DNA of 64,000 nt from an uncultured Planctomycetaceae bacterium (GTDB taxonomy: Bacteria; Planctomycetota; Planctomycetia; Pirellulales; PALSA-1355). Numbering within the stretch: the stretch's first letter is position 1; every line of letters begins with the position of its first letter. This document shows, one piece after another, positions 10,945 through 21,302 of this stretch. Below the pieces are notes generated by a model. The model was not told the DNA's origin, searched no databases, and saw only the letters and a list, made by a program, of their open reading frames with translations. Made by a program: the position numbers and the translations under genes. Where the stretch lies: positions 1,280,001 to 1,344,000 of the forward strand of contig CAWAUV010000008.1 in NCBI GenBank assembly GCA_963785305.1, given 5' to 3'.

Positions 10945-11308
10945 TTACTTGCGATTGAGCATGAACAGATCGAACATCGGTCCTGAAAAGGTATTGGCCG
11001 TGGCCTTGGTCATTTCGGTGGCCAGCACTTGATTCAACTGGCCGCGAAACACTTCCTCGGCCCGGCCACCATCGAAATAAGGCGTCTTGCCCGTCATCTT
11101 TTTCATCGACGACAGCATTTGCCCGTAGAACGTCTCGCCGATGAACGAGTCGAACGATTCGCGCGAGCTTCGGATCCTCGTCTTTCTTGGCTTTCAAGAC
11201 GCTCGACTTCGCCAGCGCGTCTTGGCTCTTGGCGATCGGGCTATGCGCCAGCCCCTCGACCCCGGACGCCTTGGTGATTCCCGAGGATTTGGCGACGGAA
11301 GAGATCAT
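10945..11308 (-). CDS. flgJ: rod-binding protein (short FlgJ-like), frameshift near 11165
   Basis: Alternate frame reads FDSFIGETFYGQMLSSMKK...FDGGRAEEVFRGQLNQVLA; lies between flgI and flgN. Confidence 0.7.
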
Positions 11309-11456
11309 CGTGCCGACTCCTATTCGCGACGAGGAATGTTTTTGCCGCCAACGCTCGCGGATGAACTCGAAAAACCACGGACCAGCGATCCCTCGCCGTT
11401 GTCCGTGAAATTTCGTGCCTGTCCGCGGCTAACCGCCTTGCCCTTGAATTGCCCGT

Positions 11457-12539
11457 TTACTCGATCACCAGCACCCCGTGCAGCTTGCCGTTGCGTTCGA
11501 TCGCCTTGATGATGTCGATCACGTCCTCGGTGGGGGTCTTGATCGCATTGAGCGCTTCGATCAGACCCTTGAGCTTGGCCGGCGACGCTTTCTCCGAGTC
11601 GACCGCCACGAAGCGGTTGCCATAGGTCGAAGGCGCGCCGGCTTCGATCACGAAATTCTTATGCGTCACCACCACCGCGCCGATCTCGACATCGCCGCTA
11701 ATCACCACGCTGCCGGTCTTTTCATGAATCACGACCCGCGCCTCGGGCTGCGGATCGAGCGTCGGCAGACTGAGCACTTGCGAGACGAACAGCACCGGAT
11801 CATCGCGATATTGGCTGGGAATGGTCACTTCGATGTTCACTTGATTGATCGCTCGAGCGAGCATGCCGTCGGTGTTTTGATAATTGAGTTGACTGTTGAT
11901 CAGTTCGGCGGTGTCTTGGGCCACCTGAAAGTCGGCGTGGTTCTTGTCCAAGACCAGCGTGATCTTGCCGTCTTTGGAAAACACGTTGTAGAAATCCTCC
12001 TCGAGCCGGCAGCCCTGGTGAATCTTGCCGCTGGTGGCCGCCTTGGGATCTTCGATATAGATTTGTCCCTGGGCAAAGGCATAGACCCGGGGATTGCCGA
12101 CTCGCGGTCCTTGCATCGGCGTGGAGAAGAGCGTGCCGCCGTTGAGGCTCTTGGCGGCGCCGATCGAGCTCACCACGCAGTCGAGCTTGTCGCCCTGGCG
12201 GGCGCCGGCGGCGGGCACCGTGGCCGTGATCATCACCAGGGCCACGTTCTTGGCGTCTTTCAGCTCCAGGGCCCCGGTCTTGCCGATCGGGTTACCCATC
12301 AATTGCAGGGCGGTGGCCAGGCTGCGGATCGTGGGAAGAAAGTCGCCGCCATCGCCGGTGCCCTTGAGACCCACGACCAAACCCAGGCCGTGCAGCGAGT
12401 TTTCTTCCTGGCCTTTCACGCGGCAAATGTTCTTGAGCACGGTGCGGGCCTCGGCGATCGGCGCCGCGGCCGGCAGCATCGCCAGCAATGTCGCCGCGAC
12501 GATCGCTCCGCGCAAGATGGGTTTTCGTGCAGGTTTCAA
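11457..12539 (-). CDS. flgI: flagellar P-ring protein
   Basis: GLGLVVGLKGTGD, KNVALVMITA, SSIGAAKSLNGGTL, ARVVIHEKTGSVVI. Confidence 0.95.
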   Translation of the reverse strand: MKPARKPILRGAIVAATLLAMLPAAAPIAEARTVLKNICRVKGQEENSLHGLGLVVGLKGTGDGGDFLPTIRSLATALQLMGNPIGKTGALELKDAKNVALVMITATVPAAGARQGDKLDCVVSSIGAAKSLNGGTLFSTPMQGPRVGNPRVYAFAQGQIYIEDPKAATSGKIHQGCRLEEDFYNVFSKDGKITLVLDKNHADFQVAQDTAELINSQLNYQNTDGMLARAINQVNIEVTIPSQYRDDPVLFVSQVLSLPTLDPQPEARVVIHEKTGSVVISGDVEIGAVVVTHKNFVIEAGAPSTYGNRFVAVDSEKASPAKLKGLIEALNAIKTPTEDVIDIIKAIERNGKLHGVLVIE

Positions 12540-12601
12540 GACATCGCTCCCGCCGCTTGAGTCAACCCAAGCGGCAACGTGTTACGTGCCGCGACCGGCT
12601 G

Positions 12602-13290
12602 TTAGAACGCCCCATAACGATCGATCAGCTTGAACAGCCAGCCGCGGCGGTATCCGTCGCGCACTTGGCCCCGTTCGCGTTTGAAGATTTGCAGCTCCGC
12701 CAGATTCTCGCTCAGCACCGTGTTATTCGGCAGCACATCCTCGGGCCGCACGATGCCGGAAATCTTGCGTTCCCAGATTTCCTCGTTCTGCGTGATCTTT
12801 TGGTTCGCTTCGAGCACCAGCAGGCCGTTGGGGCGAATATCCACGATCCGGGCCATGATGCGAAACTTCATGCCGTCGTTGAGCTGCATATTGGCGCGGG
12901 CCTGAAACTGACCTTGCAGGGTGCCGTTGATCTGCGGCGAGTTCGTCGACGGACGGACACCGAGCCCGTCGAGGTCGATCCAGTTTTGTAGGGTGGCGTC
13001 GAGCTCGCCTTGCTTGCGGCGCATCAAGTTGCCTTCGCTCGAAACTTGCGACTTTTCGTCGACGATGATCATGATCTGATCGTTGATCCTGAGCACGCGC
13101 GGCGGCTCGGCCGGCTGATACAAGAACGACGAGGTCGCGAGCGTGAGCGGCGATCCGCCCGCCGCCGGCACATCTTGCTGAAACATGCTCGAGCTTTGCG
13201 CCGAGCCACGCCGGCGCTGCCCCAGAGCAGGGCCATCGCCAGCGGGGCGGCGCCTCGATGTCTTCGCGGTGTGTTGGGTCGCCTGGTCAC
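12602..13290 (-). CDS. flgH: flagellar L-ring protein (probable frameshift near 13205)
   Basis: ARIVDIRPNGLLVLEA, SGIVRPEDVLPNNTVLSENLA; signal peptide lies in an adjacent frame. Confidence 0.9.
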
Positions 13291-13362
13291 GCAAGTTTCC
13301 GTTGGGTTGGCGGTTTAAATTGCAAACATGCGCGACGAGCGCAATTCGAACTTTCGTGAAGA

Positions 13363-14745
13363 TCAATTGTCGGCGGAGTTCGATTCGGAAGCGGCGTCGG
13401 ATTTCTTCTTCTCTTCGCGATGCGGCGCCACCACGCTCGTGACCGGCCGGCTCGCATTGGCGAAAGCCGCCTTGGCCAGCACGCTACCCGGCGCCGGTTG
13501 AGAAGCCAGCGGAACCGCGGCCACCGGCGCCTTGGCCGACGCCTGTCGAGCGCGCGACGCCGGAGATTCCGCTCGATGCGATTTCTCGCGAGCCAGTTGC
13601 ATATTGGGCATCGGCCCGGGCAGCGGAGGCTCGGGGGCCGCCCGCTGGGCCACTTTCCGCGTGTCCCTCGGCGGCTCGATCTCGCCTGGCACGCTGACCG
13701 CGTGGGCATAGACCTCGACTTCCTGCACACCGATCACGCGCGTGAAATACGCCGAGCGGTCGGCGAGCGACTCGACCGACACCAGATCGTTGTGGCTGCC
13801 GTCCTCACGAGCCCGGGCCGTGGTGCGCACTTGCACTCCGCCCGAGCGGGCATACACGGTGACGATATCGCCCCGCTTCACGAGCAGCGGCGCGCGAACC
13901 GATTGATCGTCGAGAATCTGTCCCTCGGCGACGGCGCGGTGGATCTCCTTGCCGACTACTTCCTCGAGGGATTGATAGGCATGCGATTCGCCCTTCGAGG
14001 CGATGCCGGGCTGCAACCGCACATCGTCGGCCCGCACGATCGCCCCGCGGGGGAGCGGATGCGAGGCCACGACCAGCATCGGCGGCAGCGTGACTTCGAC
14101 TCGGACCGAGGTTTGGCGAGTTTGGCCGTCGAGCGTGGCGGTGAGATGAAACTGCTGCTGCCCGGTCCAGGGAGGCTCGCCGCCGCTGACCACGAGTTGC
14201 TCACCCGCCTTGCCGACGAACTGGGCCTGTTCATTCGTGAGCTCGAATTTAACCTGCCACGCCGCGGCGCGGTCGGTGCATTCCTCGATATAGTCGAGCA
14301 GCGCCGCCTGGGCACGCGCGGTCGCCTCGCGCTGCGACACGCTCGGCCCTTGCATGGCGGCCGATGCCTTGGGCTTCGTGATCGTGGGCTTGTCGAGCGC
14401 GCCGATGATCGCCACTTGGCTCGCGCCGCTGAGCCGATGGTCTCGCCAGTTGACGCCGCGCTCGGTGAGCAGGTCTTGCAGTTCCCGCGCTCGCAGGTAG
14501 CGCCGTTGGCCGGCGGCCGGAGCGGCCATGATATCGAGCGTCGCGAGCTGCTTGGCCTCGTCGGGATTGCCGCTCGTCACTTCCGCGATATCGCCGAGCA
14601 AGACCAGCCCGCCCTCGGTGCGCAGCTCGCTTCGCAAGGTGATTTCGGCCGCCGAAGCGCGAGATGCGAGCGAGCCCACGACAAGGATCGCGAACATCGC
14701 GGCGGCGGTCGTCGGGCGAGCGAGGGTCGAATGCATTGCAGCCAT
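13363..14745 (-). CDS. flgA: flagellar P-ring formation chaperone
   Basis: SAF-like segment VVASHPLPRGAIV...PLLVKRGDIVTV...AREDG; lies between flgG and flgH. Confidence 0.88.
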   Translation of the reverse strand: MAAMHSTLARPTTAAAMFAILVVGSLASRASAAEITLRSELRTEGGLVLLGDIAEVTSGNPDEAKQLATLDIMAAPAAGQRRYLRARELQDLLTERGVNWRDHRLSGASQVAIIGALDKPTITKPKASAAMQGPSVSQREATARAQAALLDYIEECTDRAAAWQVKFELTNEQAQFVGKAGEQLVVSGGEPPWTGQQQFHLTATLDGQTRQTSVRVEVTLPPMLVVASHPLPRGAIVRADDVRLQPGIASKGESHAYQSLEEVVGKEIHRAVAEGQILDDQSVRAPLLVKRGDIVTVYARSGGVQVRTTARAREDGSHNDLVSVESLADRSAYFTRVIGVQEVEVYAHAVSVPGEIEPPRDTRKVAQRAAPEPPLPGPMPNMQLAREKSHRAESPASRARQASAKAPVAAVPLASQPAPGSVLAKAAFANASRPVTSVVAPHREEKKKSDAASESNSADN

Positions 14746-14818
14746 GAGCCAGACCGTGAATAGCGTTTGGAAAAGCGAGGCGAAAGGGGCGACGATGCAA
14801 ACAGCCGATGATCGGAAA

Positions 14819-15622
14819 TTAGTAACGACGCAAATTGGCGATGAGTTGCAGAATCTGATCGCCGGCCTGCACCATTTGCGAATTGAGCTCGAAGTTGCGC
14901 TGCGTGGTGATCAGGTCGATCAGTTCCGTGACCGGCTCGACATTCGATTGTTCGAGCGTGCCCTGCTGAATGGTGCCCATGCCGTTCAAGCCCGGATTGT
15001 TGATGAGCTGCGGACCGCTGGCTTGCGTCTGCTGATACAGGTTTTCGCCGATCTTGAGCAAACCTTCCGGATTCTGGAACCACGCGAGCTGAATCTGTCC
15101 GACCTGCTGGAGCGTGGTATTGCCGTAGGTTTGAATCGACACTTGACCGTTGGCGCCCACGACGATGCCGGTCGCGTCTTGTTGAATCGTGATCGGCGGC
15201 GTGAGCGGGCGACCATCGTAGGCCGAGGCCGTGACCACCTGACCGATCGCATTGACGGTGAAATTGCCGGCCCGCGTGTAATAAATCTGTCCCGTGGGAT
15301 CGAGCACCTGAAACAAGCCGTTTCCGTTGATCGCGAGGTCGAGCTGGTTGCCGGTCTCGTTGAAAGCGCCTTGCGTGAAATCGGTTTGCGTGGCGGCCAC
15401 GCGCGTGCCAAGACCGACGGCAATGCCGGTGGGCGTGAGATAGCCCGCCTGATCCTGGTAGCCCGGCAATTTGAGATTGCGGTAGTAGAGGTCCTGAAAG
15501 TCGGTCTTTTCGCGTTTGAAGCCGGTGGTGTTGACGTTGGCCAGATTGTTGGAGATGTTGTCCAACTTGGTCTGCAACGAGTTCATGCCGGTGGCGGCGG
15601 TGTAGAGCGCTTGAAGCGTCAT
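14819..15622 (-). CDS. flgG: flagellar basal-body rod protein FlgG
   Basis: ALYTAATGM, NNLANVNTTGFK, LEQSNVEPVTELIDLITTQRNFELNS. Confidence 0.95.
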   Translation of the reverse strand: MTLQALYTAATGMNSLQTKLDNISNNLANVNTTGFKREKTDFQDLYYRNLKLPGYQDQAGYLTPTGIAVGLGTRVAATQTDFTQGAFNETGNQLDLAINGNGLFQVLDPTGQIYYTRAGNFTVNAIGQVVTASAYDGRPLTPPITIQQDATGIVVGANGQVSIQTYGNTTLQQVGQIQLAWFQNPEGLLKIGENLYQQTQASGPQLINNPGLNGMGTIQQGTLEQSNVEPVTELIDLITTQRNFELNSQMVQAGDQILQLIANLRRY

Positions 15623-15680
15623 GGCGTTCGAATTCTCGTGCGAGGCTGCGAAAAAGTTTCAGACAAGTTCAGGCCGGCGG

Positions 15681-16433
15681 CTATTCCTTGAGCAATTTGT
15701 CGACCAACGTGCTCAGCATTTGGTCGTAGTTGCGAATCATGCTCACGTTGGCTTCGAAGGTTCGCGTGGATTCGATCAGTTCCATCATTTCGCTCGTGGG
15801 CTGCGTGCCCGAGGCCTCGAGGCTGCCGGAGAGCACGCGGCGTGCTTCGAGTGGCACGGGCGAGGTCGGCGAGAGCGGCAGAAACGCGTTTTCGCCTTGC
15901 TTGACCAGATCGCCCAGCGAAGCGGGGCGAACGACGGCCAAGAACGTTGTCTCGCTGCCTTGGACAAACGCGCCCTCGGGCGTAATCTGCCAAGGTCCGC
16001 CCTCGGGGTCGAGCACGACCTGGCCATTGGCGTCGCTCATCACCTGGTCGCCAAGCGCGTTCACCATCACGCCGTCTTGATTGAACATGAAGTTGCCGGC
16101 CCGAGTGAGCATCGGGCGGCCTTGCTTATTGACGACGAAGAAACCGTCGCCTTCGATCGCCAAATCGGTGGGCTTGCCGGTCTGCTGAACCGCGCCGGGC
16201 GAGAAGTCGGTCCGCGTGCAGAGCACCTCGACGCCGCCGCCCACATCGTTGATCGAGCCGTTGCCCTCGTCGGCGAGACCTTCGGCGATGGCCTCGGCCG
16301 GCCGGGCCTGAATGATGGCAAGCTCGCGCTTGAAGCCCGTGGTGCTGACATTGGCCAGGTTGTTGGCCAGCACTTCGAGCCGCTTGGTTTGCGCGTTGGC
16401 GCCTTCGGAGGCGAGATACAGGCCGTACTGCAT
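15681..16433 (-). CDS. flgF: flagellar basal-body rod protein FlgF
   Basis: ANNLANVSTTGFK, TGKPTDLAIEGDGFF, LTRAGNF; directly upstream of flgG. Confidence 0.85.
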   Translation of the reverse strand: MQYGLYLASEGANAQTKRLEVLANNLANVSTTGFKRELAIIQARPAEAIAEGLADEGNGSINDVGGGVEVLCTRTDFSPGAVQQTGKPTDLAIEGDGFFVVNKQGRPMLTRAGNFMFNQDGVMVNALGDQVMSDANGQVVLDPEGGPWQITPEGAFVQGSETTFLAVVRPASLGDLVKQGENAFLPLSPTSPVPLEARRVLSGSLEASGTQPTSEMMELIESTRTFEANVSMIRNYDQMLSTLVDKLLKE

Positions 16434-16731
16434 CGGTGACGGACTCGAGAGCTCAGGGATGCCCCCCCGCGGCGCCGAGTCTGGCGTGGCCGACGACTAA
16501 AGCAACCGCGGCGCCAAACGCTCGCGATGTCGACGAGAATTTCGCGGCGCTCGCGATAAGTCGCGGCGCCACTTCAAGCTACGAACCGCGGGCCCGAGTT
16601 CGGCGCGTGAAAAAACTCTCCGGCGCCATCAGCAGGCGCCGGAGAGTTTCAGGCATAATCCGCGCATCGCGCTCGAAAGCGCCCGGCAAATTCGGCCGCT
16701 ATCACGGGAAAGCGCGAGTCGAAAATGCCGC

Positions 16732-18405
16732 CTATCGCTTGGCGATCTGACGCCGAGCCGCTTGCAGACCGGCGTCGAGGGTCGAGTCGCGAGCGTCGGC
16801 GCCGACCGGTCGCGCCGCCACGGCGCCTAAGTCGTCGGCCACCGGCTTGGCGACTTTTTGCACTTTGATGTCCGGCGACACGCCGACATGGCTGATCGCT
16901 TGACCGTTTGGCGAATAGAACTTGGCGGTGGTGAGTCGGATGCCGGCGCCGGCCACGTTCAGCGGAAAGATGCCTTGCACGGAACCTTTGCCGTAGCTGC
17001 GTTGGCCGACAAGCGTTCCGCGGCGATGATCGCGAATGGCGCCGGCGAAGATTTCGCTGGCGCTGGCGCTGTCACCATCGATCAGCAGCACCAGCGGCAC
17101 GCGCCATGTGCCCACCGGGCGGGCGGTGTAGTTGAAGTCCTCGGCCTTGCTCCGACCGCGGGTCGACACGATCACGCCATCGTTGATGAACTTGTCTGCC
17201 ACTTCCACGCTCGAGGTCAACAAGCCGCCCGGATTGCCGCGCAGGTCGATCACCAGGCTCCGCATGCCATCTTTTTGCAGGGTCCACAAGGCAGTGTCCA
17301 GGTCGCGGCTCGTGGTCTTCTGAAAGCAGGTCAGCTTCAGGTAGCCCACGCCGTATTCGCGGTCGATGATCTTCACATCGTCGACACTCGGCACATCGAC
17401 GTGCGCCCGACGCACCGACAATTGCCGCGGCGCCGCGCCCGGGCTCACCACGCTCACTCGGCAAACCGAGCCTTCGGGCCCTTGCAGCAAGTCGGCGGCT
17501 TGGTCGGTATTCATTTCCGTGGTCGCGCGGCCATCGACGGCCACGATGCGATCGCCGCCGCGGATGCCGGCTTTCTCCGCCGGGCTGCCGCTAATCGTCT
17601 TCACGATCTGCAAGGCGCCATCGACCGCCTTGAGCTCGATGCCCAGGCCCACGAAGTTGCCTTCGATCTGCGAATACACATCGTTGAGTTGATCGCCGGT
17701 CAGATACGAAGAGTATTCATCGAGCGCGCCGGCGGCGGCGCTGGTGAACTCGAAAATCGTGGCCGCCATGGGAACGCGGAGCGACTGCTGGACCGATTGG
17801 GCCGCGGCCGACACCACCGCTTCCGCGTCTTGTCGACTGCGAATCGCGCGGCCTTGCATCAGACCGGCAACACGGTTCATGGCCACTTGCAGTTCGGAGG
17901 CCGAAGGCTGGCGGGCAAAGTTTTGCTTGGCGAAGCCCTCTTCTTGCGTCGCTACGCGCAGGTCTTGAATGCCGCGCTCGACCAGGGCTCGCCAATCGGG
18001 CTCCGCGACATAGTGCGTTTGAATCTTGAGCAGCACTTCGCCGTAGAGCGACATCGCGTCGCGGGTGGGCAGCGTGGCCAGCGCCTTGAGGAAGCTCGAG
18101 TCGTGGTAGCGCCGGCCGAGATCGTAGTGAATCTTGGCCAGATCATGGCGGCCGAACAACTCGCGATCGTTCGGATGATCTTTAAGCGCTTCTTCGTAGA
18201 GATTGATCGCTTCGCCCCAGCGAAGCTGCGATTCGAAGTCGCGGCCGCGGTTCAATATGTCCGCGACATTGTCGCCCTCGGGCGGCGGAAGAATCTTGAT
18301 TTGAGCCCAGGCCGAAGTCGTGGCGCTGCCGGCGACAATCGCCAGCAGGCCCCAACTCACCAAGCCGAGCACGCGCAAACGCCACGCTTTCGATGATTGT
18401 CGCAT
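16732..18405 (-). CDS. S41 family C-terminal processing peptidase with PDZ domain
   Basis: FVGLGIEL (PDZ), IDLRGNPGGLL, SASASEIFAGA, SYGKGSVQ, LTTAKFYSPNG. Confidence 0.93.
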   Translation of the reverse strand: MRQSSKAWRLRVLGLVSWGLLAIVAGSATTSAWAQIKILPPPEGDNVADILNRGRDFESQLRWGEAINLYEEALKDHPNDRELFGRHDLAKIHYDLGRRYHDSSFLKALATLPTRDAMSLYGEVLLKIQTHYVAEPDWRALVERGIQDLRVATQEEGFAKQNFARQPSASELQVAMNRVAGLMQGRAIRSRQDAEAVVSAAAQSVQQSLRVPMAATIFEFTSAAAGALDEYSSYLTGDQLNDVYSQIEGNFVGLGIELKAVDGALQIVKTISGSPAEKAGIRGGDRIVAVDGRATTEMNTDQAADLLQGPEGSVCRVSVVSPGAAPRQLSVRRAHVDVPSVDDVKIIDREYGVGYLKLTCFQKTTSRDLDTALWTLQKDGMRSLVIDLRGNPGGLLTSSVEVADKFINDGVIVSTRGRSKAEDFNYTARPVGTWRVPLVLLIDGDSASASEIFAGAIRDHRRGTLVGQRSYGKGSVQGIFPLNVAGAGIRLTTAKFYSPNGQAISHVGVSPDIKVQKVAKPVADDLGAVAARPVGADARDSTLDAGLQAARRQIAKR

Positions 18406-19068
18406 AGAGTTTTTCCATTCCGAGAGCCGCTGGAAGCGTCTGGCCATGGGGCTCAAGCGACTGGCGGGGGAGCGATGTCCGCGGCGAAGCATCGCCGCGG
18501 CGACCGTCCTTGACCAACCCCTCGAGAGCCGGCGAATCCATCAAAGCTGACCGGCGCCGAACGCTCACTATTCGCCCCGGGTTCCAAAACCCCCGGGGCG
18601 AGGCGCCCGCGGCGCCAAGCGTTTTCGAGCCGCCAGCAGCTCAAAGCAAGTTCGATGCCTTCGCCGGTTGGGAGACGCGTATCTCGCAACCAATAGCACG
18701 CGACATGGAAAAACGCGGTGTCGGCATCCCATGCCACGTCTAATATAGGTCACGATTCGGGGTCGGTCAAAAAACGGCTCGAAAACCTCGGGAAAAACCG
18801 CTTCCCGCCGCCGCACAACCGGCGTCGTCGGCGCCCACGGCCCTCGCCAAAACAGTCGAGCGACCACGAAAAACGGCTTCGCGGATTCCCGCGTCGGGCG
18901 GTCGAATAATTGTAGAAATGTCCGACCGCCGAGAAGGATTTTCTCAAGTTCGGCCGGCCACGCGCCCGAAAAGGCGTTCCCAATCGCCCCACCCGCCACG
19001 CGCTTCGCCGAGTGCTGGCGCCCTCGCGGATCGGAAAATTCCGCCTCGCTGGAGCCACGGAACTTTCT

Positions 19069-20139
19069 TCACGCTTCGCTCTTTCCGCCGAAACCGCGTA
19101 TTCGCTCCACCTTGCCGCGGGCGAGCGACGCCGCTTCGGCTTCGCACATCGCCAGGGCGTCGGCCGCCAGTTGGCCATCGAGCAGTGGCGAAGCTTCGCC
19201 ACTGCTGATCGCCCGGGCCGCTTCCGAAAGCTCCCCCACGAAATCATCGACGGGGTCGGCCGCTCGCAGGCGCGGGTGGTGTGCCTTGCCATCGGCCGTG
19301 AGCAGGGTGAGCGGCGTGGCCACGACAGGCGCCCCGGCGACGACGGCAAAGTCGAACAGGAGCGTGGCCTTTTCGAGATGGATTTCGAAGCCGTGCGTGA
19401 AACTTCGCCCTTGCTGGGCGATGGCCCCGCTCGTGGCGGCGATGTGGAGCGAGCGGTCGGCGAACTGAAACTGCGAGGTAAAGAATTCCGCCACCGCCCC
19501 CCGCATCCGCCCACTGGTAAACACACTGCTCGGCATTCCAGCCAGCACCCGAATAAAATGGGCATCGTGAACGTGCAGATCGAGCATGGGCCCGCCGGTG
19601 GTCTTCGGATCGTAGAAATTCGGCAGCCAGAGGGGATCGCTGATGATCCGTTTGAAGAGCCCGCCAAGCAGCTTGCCCCACTTGCCGCTCTGGACCGCTT
19701 GATACGCGAATCGATATTCGGGCACAAACGGCAACACATGCGCGACCAGCAACCGCCGGTCGGAAGCCCGAGCGGCGACGATCATCCGCCGGGCATCGGC
19801 GACCGCGAGCGCGATCGGCTTCTCGCAGAGCACATGCTTGCCGGCCTTGAGCGCCGCGATCGCCGCGGCCGCATGTTCGCCGGGCGGCAAGCAAAGATCG
19901 ACCACATCGATCGCCGGATCGGCAAGCAGATCATTGAACCGCTCGTAAGCGCGAACTTTGCCGAGGTCCATGACGTCGCCCGGCGGCCCGAAGTTCCCTT
20001 GAACCCCCCGCCAATCCCCGGCCCGCTTCCTCGGATCGCGCGAACAAATCGCGACGACCCTCGCCCCCCGCGCCTTGCGATAGGCGAGATAATGAATCAT
20101 GCCCATAAAACCAATGCCGACAATTCCAACTCGCAACAT
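19069..20139 (-). CDS. Gfo/Idh/MocA family oxidoreductase
   Basis: VGIVGIGFMG, AGKHVLCEKPIA, GGPMLDLHVHD. Confidence 0.92.
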   Translation of the reverse strand: MLRVGIVGIGFMGMIHYLAYRKARGARVVAICSRDPRKRAGDWRGVQGNFGPPGDVMDLGKVRAYERFNDLLADPAIDVVDLCLPPGEHAAAAIAALKAGKHVLCEKPIALAVADARRMIVAARASDRRLLVAHVLPFVPEYRFAYQAVQSGKWGKLLGGLFKRIISDPLWLPNFYDPKTTGGPMLDLHVHDAHFIRVLAGMPSSVFTSGRMRGAVAEFFTSQFQFADRSLHIAATSGAIAQQGRSFTHGFEIHLEKATLLFDFAVVAGAPVVATPLTLLTADGKAHHPRLRAADPVDDFVGELSEAARAISSGEASPLLDGQLAADALAMCEAEAASLARGKVERIRGFGGKSEA

Positions 20140-20653
20140 TTTCGTAAGTCTCAATGGGTGCGTCGTTTGTGGATTTCCATGTTTCCCAGCGATTCCATGA
20201 TTTTGGCCGGTTTTGGCATGATTTCGGGCTATCTCTTGCGCTAACCCTTGCGCATTTCCGGCATGAATTTCAGGTCATCGGCCACCGGCCAAGCCGTTTG
20301 TTTGACTGCCATTCTATCGCCGTCTCGTCGCCTTACGAGATGGTCGGATGGGGCGTCCGCAGGATAACTGGACGGCTATTGAGCTTTTTCTGGTGAGTCT
20401 GGGCGATTGGGACGCCGGCTTGCGGCGGCGGATGGATGACGGAAAGCATTGCTCCGCTTGATGCTGCCGCTCGTCAGCGTGAGGTTGTGCCACCGGCGGT
20501 GGCACACTCGGACTGATCGTAATTCTCGCACCGGCAGTGCCGGAGTTGCCATTTCGGCGGGCCGTTTCTCGCCTATTCATGGTCAATTACCGCAATTCCT
20601 GCATCATGTGCCAGAAAAGTCGCACTTTAGGCATCACTTTAGATATCGAACTG

Positions 20654-20682
20654 TTGACACTGTTGATGTCTTCCGATATACT
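20654..20682 (+). promoter_or_regulatory. sigma70-type promoter of the RHH-2TM-pAgo operon
   Basis: TTGACA (20654-20659), 17-nt spacer, TATACT (20677-20682), 48 nt upstream of an ATG preceded by GGGAG; overlapped by short repeats. Confidence 0.7.
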
Positions 20683-20730
20683 ACCAAGGTGCCCGAGCCA
20701 CCGATACATCCAGAGAAAGGGAGAAAAGCC

Positions 20731-20982
20731 ATGTCCAAGAACAAGCGAGTCGTATTCACGTTTGACGAACGGAGTCTGGAGAGCCTACAGAAATTGACCG
20801 AGCAGGGTCGGTTCTCATCGATGGCCGATACCGTCCGGGAGTCCCTGCAAATCAGCCGTGCCTTGCAATCGCAAGCGGGGCAGGGATTCACCGAGGTGAT
20901 GGTCCGTAACCCGGAAACCAACGAAGAACGGGTATTGGTAATTCCCACACTTCAGACAGCCAGCGCCAAATCGGAGGGGTAA
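20731..20982 (+). CDS. small ribbon-helix-helix (CopG-like) protein
   Basis: 83 aa; N-terminal alternating strand KRVVFTF, then helix SLESLQKLTEQ and helix SMADTVRESL; good RBS. Confidence 0.7.
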   Translation: MSKNKRVVFTFDERSLESLQKLTEQGRFSSMADTVRESLQISRALQSQAGQGFTEVMVRNPETNEERVLVIPTLQTASAKSEG

Positions 20983-20987
20983 ACCTC

Positions 20988-21302
20988 ATGAGCATAGGAA
21001 GCAAAGACGAGGCCAAACCCGAGGATCACCCCATAGAAGCTGGCGAAGTGGGGGAATTGCACGACCTTTCATTCCACGAGGCCCAGCACCGTGCTGAGAC
21101 GGCCAAGTCCCTTGCAACGTGGTTGGTGATAATTCTTGGTGCAAGCTTAGCCCTTCACTATGTCCTCACCGTAATACTGGCGTTCGGAGGAAAGGAAGAG
21201 GCCATCAAAAACCTGAATTCGATCTTCAATGCTTGGCTGCCCGCGATATCGAGCCTGGTAAGCGCAGCTGCAACGTATTACTTCACGAGGGATAAACGAT
21301 GA
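20988..21302 (+). CDS. small membrane protein (~2 TM helices), unknown function
   Basis: 104 aa; acidic N-terminus, hydrophobic LATWLVIILGASLALHYVLTVILAF and IFNAWLPAISSLVSAAATYYF; GGAGG RBS; ATGA overlap with the next gene. Confidence 0.75.
   Translation: MSIGSKDEAKPEDHPIEAGEVGELHDLSFHEAQHRAETAKSLATWLVIILGASLALHYVLTVILAFGGKEEAIKNLNSIFNAWLPAISSLVSAAATYYFTRDKR

Noticed and set aside
6508..11032. Long plus-strand ORFs (718 and 758 aa) opposite flgL/flgK, and similar antisense ORFs throughout (e.g. 34815-37217, 44802-46766, 52866-54758)
   Set aside because: Shadow ORFs typical of high-GC coding DNA; no motifs, and the opposite strand encodes recognisable proteins
18500..19060. Short ORFs between the S41 protease and the Gfo/Idh/MocA gene
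   Set aside because: Mutually overlapping, no motifs or clear RBS; probably an intergenic or promoter region
20449..20730. Longer 177-aa version of the RHH ORF
   Set aside because: The extension overlaps the promoter; the RBS and domain start support ATG 20731
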